Shown: in pieces, positions 17,933-20,000 of the stretch | How positions within the stretch are numbered: position 1 is the stretch's first letter | Layout of the letters: every line of letters begins with the position of its first letter | IMG/VR virus record: IMGVR_UViG_3300025853_000053 | Coordinates: 58,836 to 78,835 of that record | Strand: one strand, 5' to 3' | Source of the DNA: an uncultured virus (IMG/VR IMGVR_UViG_3300025853_000053) | Taxonomy: Duplodnaviria; Heunggongvirae; Uroviricota; Caudoviricetes | DNA: 20,000 nt | Notes under the pieces: model-generated | What the model was told of the DNA's origin: nothing | The model's database searches: none | Seen by the model: only the letters and a program-made list of their open reading frames with translations | Position numbers and translations under genes: made by a program

Positions 17933-20000
17933 TTATGGTCCTGTTGCTACTACAAAAGCTACAACTAGAGGTGGTGGTGCTCCAGGGACCGAAGCCGGAA
18001 CTGCACCAGTTCCACCCGTTGCTGCAAACGGGAATAAAGATACAGAAGAAGGCCCTGCAGTGGTTAATGTTGCAGTTGCGGTTTCTGGAATAACCCTGTA
18101 ATAAAAGTTTGTAATATTTGGATCCGAAGAAGCGTTCAATTGGCTAGCAGCAGATCCCAAGGTCAAATAAGCAGAAGCACCTGTTCCACCACCAGTAGGT
18201 CCAAAAGTAACACCAACGGGGAATGGGAAAGGTTCGCTACCTGTACTTATTTTAACGTTATCACCAACTTTAGCACTATGTATTTCATATCCCCCGAGCC
18301 ATCCTGTCTCAAACTCTAAATCGTCCCAGGAATGAGCATAGGCATTGTCCCAGGATGCTTGAGTAAAGGTTTGCCATTTGAGATTTTTAGTTCCAAAATA
18401 TTTAAGATTTTCTACCGGGTTTGATCCAGAAGAAGCATCCCAATCAACATAACTAAATCCTCCAGTTACACCACCAGAAAGTTGGGAATCTATAGATGTT
18501 AAAGTTAGTGACCCAGTTAGAGATACGGTGAGATTGTCACCGTTACCTATATTTCCACTCTCAGTACCAGCTACGATATTAATCGTTACTGGACTTTCTG
18601 TTGGATCAAAAGTTTGTGCAAAGTAATCTGGTTGGGTTTCTACCTTGTTTATCTCCTGTATAATGGAGTTAGCGGTAGACTGTAAATTCGAGCCAGAAGC
18701 TGTAGCACCAATAACACGTCCATTAACAGACACACTAATTGATCCACCTCCGGTTACTTTCTGACTCGGATAAGAACTCGACAAAACATAATACCCAGTT
18801 CCACCCACAATAGAAGACGGACCTGATGTTGCCCCTACACCAGGCTGGCTACCTAGTATGTAAGGTATTTGGAATGAATATCCAGTTGCTCCGGGAGGTA
18901 TAGAAATTTTCCAAGACTTGTTTAAATCATCAATGCTTCCAGTTATAAAAACATCTGAACCATCAGTAAAATTGTGTGGCTGTGTTGTGAATACATTTGC
19001 AAAGCTATATTGGCTACCTGATATTAAGATAGAGTATACCTTAGAGATGTCTAATATGTTTTGGGAAATCTTAATATCTCCAGAAGCCCCAACTGGAGGT
19101 AGATTTTTGCCGACTTTGAAAATTTGCCCGTCTATAGCATTGTTTCCATAGATTGCAAAGTCAAGAAGCTGCTCTGGAATTTCTTTCTTAACTTCATTCT
19201 CAGTTTTACCCTCAGCTGGATATTCCCAGATGGAATCATAACTATCCCAATCTCTGATTGTTAGATCCCATGAATATCTTTCATTTTCTCTATATCGAGT
19301 CCATCCATCTATTAATACAGTTCTAGGAGAAACAGTGACCGAGGACTTAACAATTTTTCTATTCTTAAAGTTAAAAGCATCGTATAAGTAACAGGTTACA
19401 TCATATTCGCCTGTATAAGGAAGGAAATGTGCTAGTCTATAAAAATCTATAGCATATCCCCTATGCGAGAAATTGTAACCTGTACCAGTCTGGGTTTCAG
19501 ATTTATTAATTACCCATTCAATTTCATTGTAGGCAGAAAAATCTATGGTTCTCCAAGTTAAAGCACTATTTTGACTCTGAAAAGATGGAAGATTCAAAGA
19601 ATCCCACGACATTCCCATTTCATCCCAATCCCAGGTATCAGGAAGTAATTCAAGGATCACCGGCATCCCAACAGGAACACCACATTCAGAGTTATCTAGA
19701 TTCACATTAGTATTTATCCTTATATTATTAGGTACCAGAATTGGGGTGCTTGTGGGTGTGGGGGTAGGGGTTGGGGAAACAGTAGGGGTAGGGGTTGGTG
19801 TTGGTGAAACAGTAGGTGTTGGGGTTGCTGTAGCAGGTACAGGGGTTGGTGTACTCGTAGCAGTAGGTGCTGGAGTAGGTGTTGGGGTTGCTGTAGCAGG
19901 TACAGGGGTTGGTGTACTCGTAGCAGTAGGTGCTGGAGTAGGTGTTGGGGTTGCTGTAGCAGGTACAGGGGTTGGTGTACTCGTAGCAGTAGGTGCTGGA
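17933..20000 (-). CDS. Hypothetical structural protein, >=688 aa, 5' end outside the window; Pro/Thr repeat linker, Trp-periodic segments, PKD-like and FCCH-like modules
   Basis: The ORF track starts it at GTG 19705, but the frame stays open upstream (...[28 protein letters not shown]...) through the PT repeat to the window edge. TAA stop at 17933-17935. Confidence 0.85.
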   Translation of the reverse strand, partial: PAPTATSTPTPVPATATPTPTPAPTATSTPTPVPATATPTPTPAPTATSTPTPVPATATPTPTVSPTPTPTPTVSPTPTPTPTSTPILVPNNIRINTNVNLDNSECGVPVGMPVILELLPDTWDWDEMGMSWDSLNLPSFQSQNSALTWRTIDFSAYNEIEWVINKSETQTGTGYNFSHRGYAIDFYRLAHFLPYTGEYDVTCYLYDAFNFKNRKIVKSSVTVSPRTVLIDGWTRYRENERYSWDLTIRDWDSYDSIWEYPAEGKTENEVKKEIPEQLLDFAIYGNNAIDGQIFKVGKNLPPVGASGDIKISQNILDISKVYSILISGSQYSFANVFTTQPHNFTDGSDVFITGSIDDLNKSWKISIPPGATGYSFQIPYILGSQPGVGATSGPSSIVGGTGYYVLSSSYPSQKVTGGGSISVSVNGRVIGATASGSNLQSTANSIIQEINKVETQPDYFAQTFDPTESPVTINIVAGTESGNIGNGDNLTVSLTGSLTLTSIDSQLSGGVTGGFSYVDWDASSGSNPVENLKYFGTKNLKWQTFTQASWDNAYAHSWDDLEFETGWLGGYEIHSAKVGDNVKISTGSEPFPFPVGVTFGPTGGGTGASAYLTLGSAASQLNASSDPNITNFYYRVIPETATATLTTAGPSSVSLFPFAATGGTGAVPASVPGAPPPLVVAFVVATGP
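19811..19999 (-). repeat. Exact in-frame 63-bp tandem repeat, three full copies (continues past the edge), encoding [21 protein letters not shown]
   Basis: Unit agtaggtgttggggttgctgtagcaggtacaggggttggtgtactcgtagcagtaggtgctgg occurs identically at 19811-19873, 19874-19936 and 19937-19999. It is adjacent to a degenerate [10 protein letters not shown] (about 30-bp period) tract at 19742-19810. Confidence 0.97.

Noticed and set aside
7126..19151. Short ORFs 7126-7311, 10264-10446, 15034-15240, 17361-17546, 17598-17906 and 18918-19151
   Set aside because: Each is fully nested in a long gene, mostly antisense mirror frames of Ser/Thr-rich coding sequence, with no independent support.
19703..19718. 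GTG 19705 as a true start with GATAAATA 5 nt upstream
   Set aside because: The frame is open upstream through a coherent PT linker to the window edge, and such AT-rich 8-mers occur by chance. An internal start cannot be fully excluded.
19811..19999. CRISPR array
   Set aside because: The units are contiguous identical 63-mers with no unique spacers and translate in frame as a Pro/Thr linker.
1..20000. Stop-codon reassignment (as in some jumbo and crAss-like phages)
   Set aside because: All seven visible stops are TAA, but the genes are long and unbroken under the standard code with near-complete coding density, so no recoding is needed.

Overview
This AT-rich, densely coding window reads as part of a virion-structural (tail/baseplate/fibre/adhesin-like) module of a large, probably jumbo, dsDNA phage. 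That assignment is inferred, because no capsid, terminase or polymerase hallmark gene is in view. Seven large genes lie on the minus strand with 12-27 bp gaps between adjacent genes. Two run off the window edges: an unlisted ORF of at least 1723 aa at 1-5171, and an ORF of at least 688 aa at 17933-20000 whose visible N-terminal part is a Pro/Thr tandem repeat. A single plus-strand phoH gene interrupts the module. Recognisable modules are Reg_prop/PorZ-like beta-propeller repeats, PKD domains, a CBM5/12 (ChtBD3)-like module, an FN3-like domain, coiled coils and Trp-periodic segments. The most unusual signal is a short G-x-T-G motif, often as (GxT)2-3, scattered through all seven minus-strand proteins but absent from PhoH. 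It may be a shared modification (e.g. O-glycosylation) tag on virion proteins. I saw no RNA genes, CRISPR arrays, mobile elements or stop-codon recoding.
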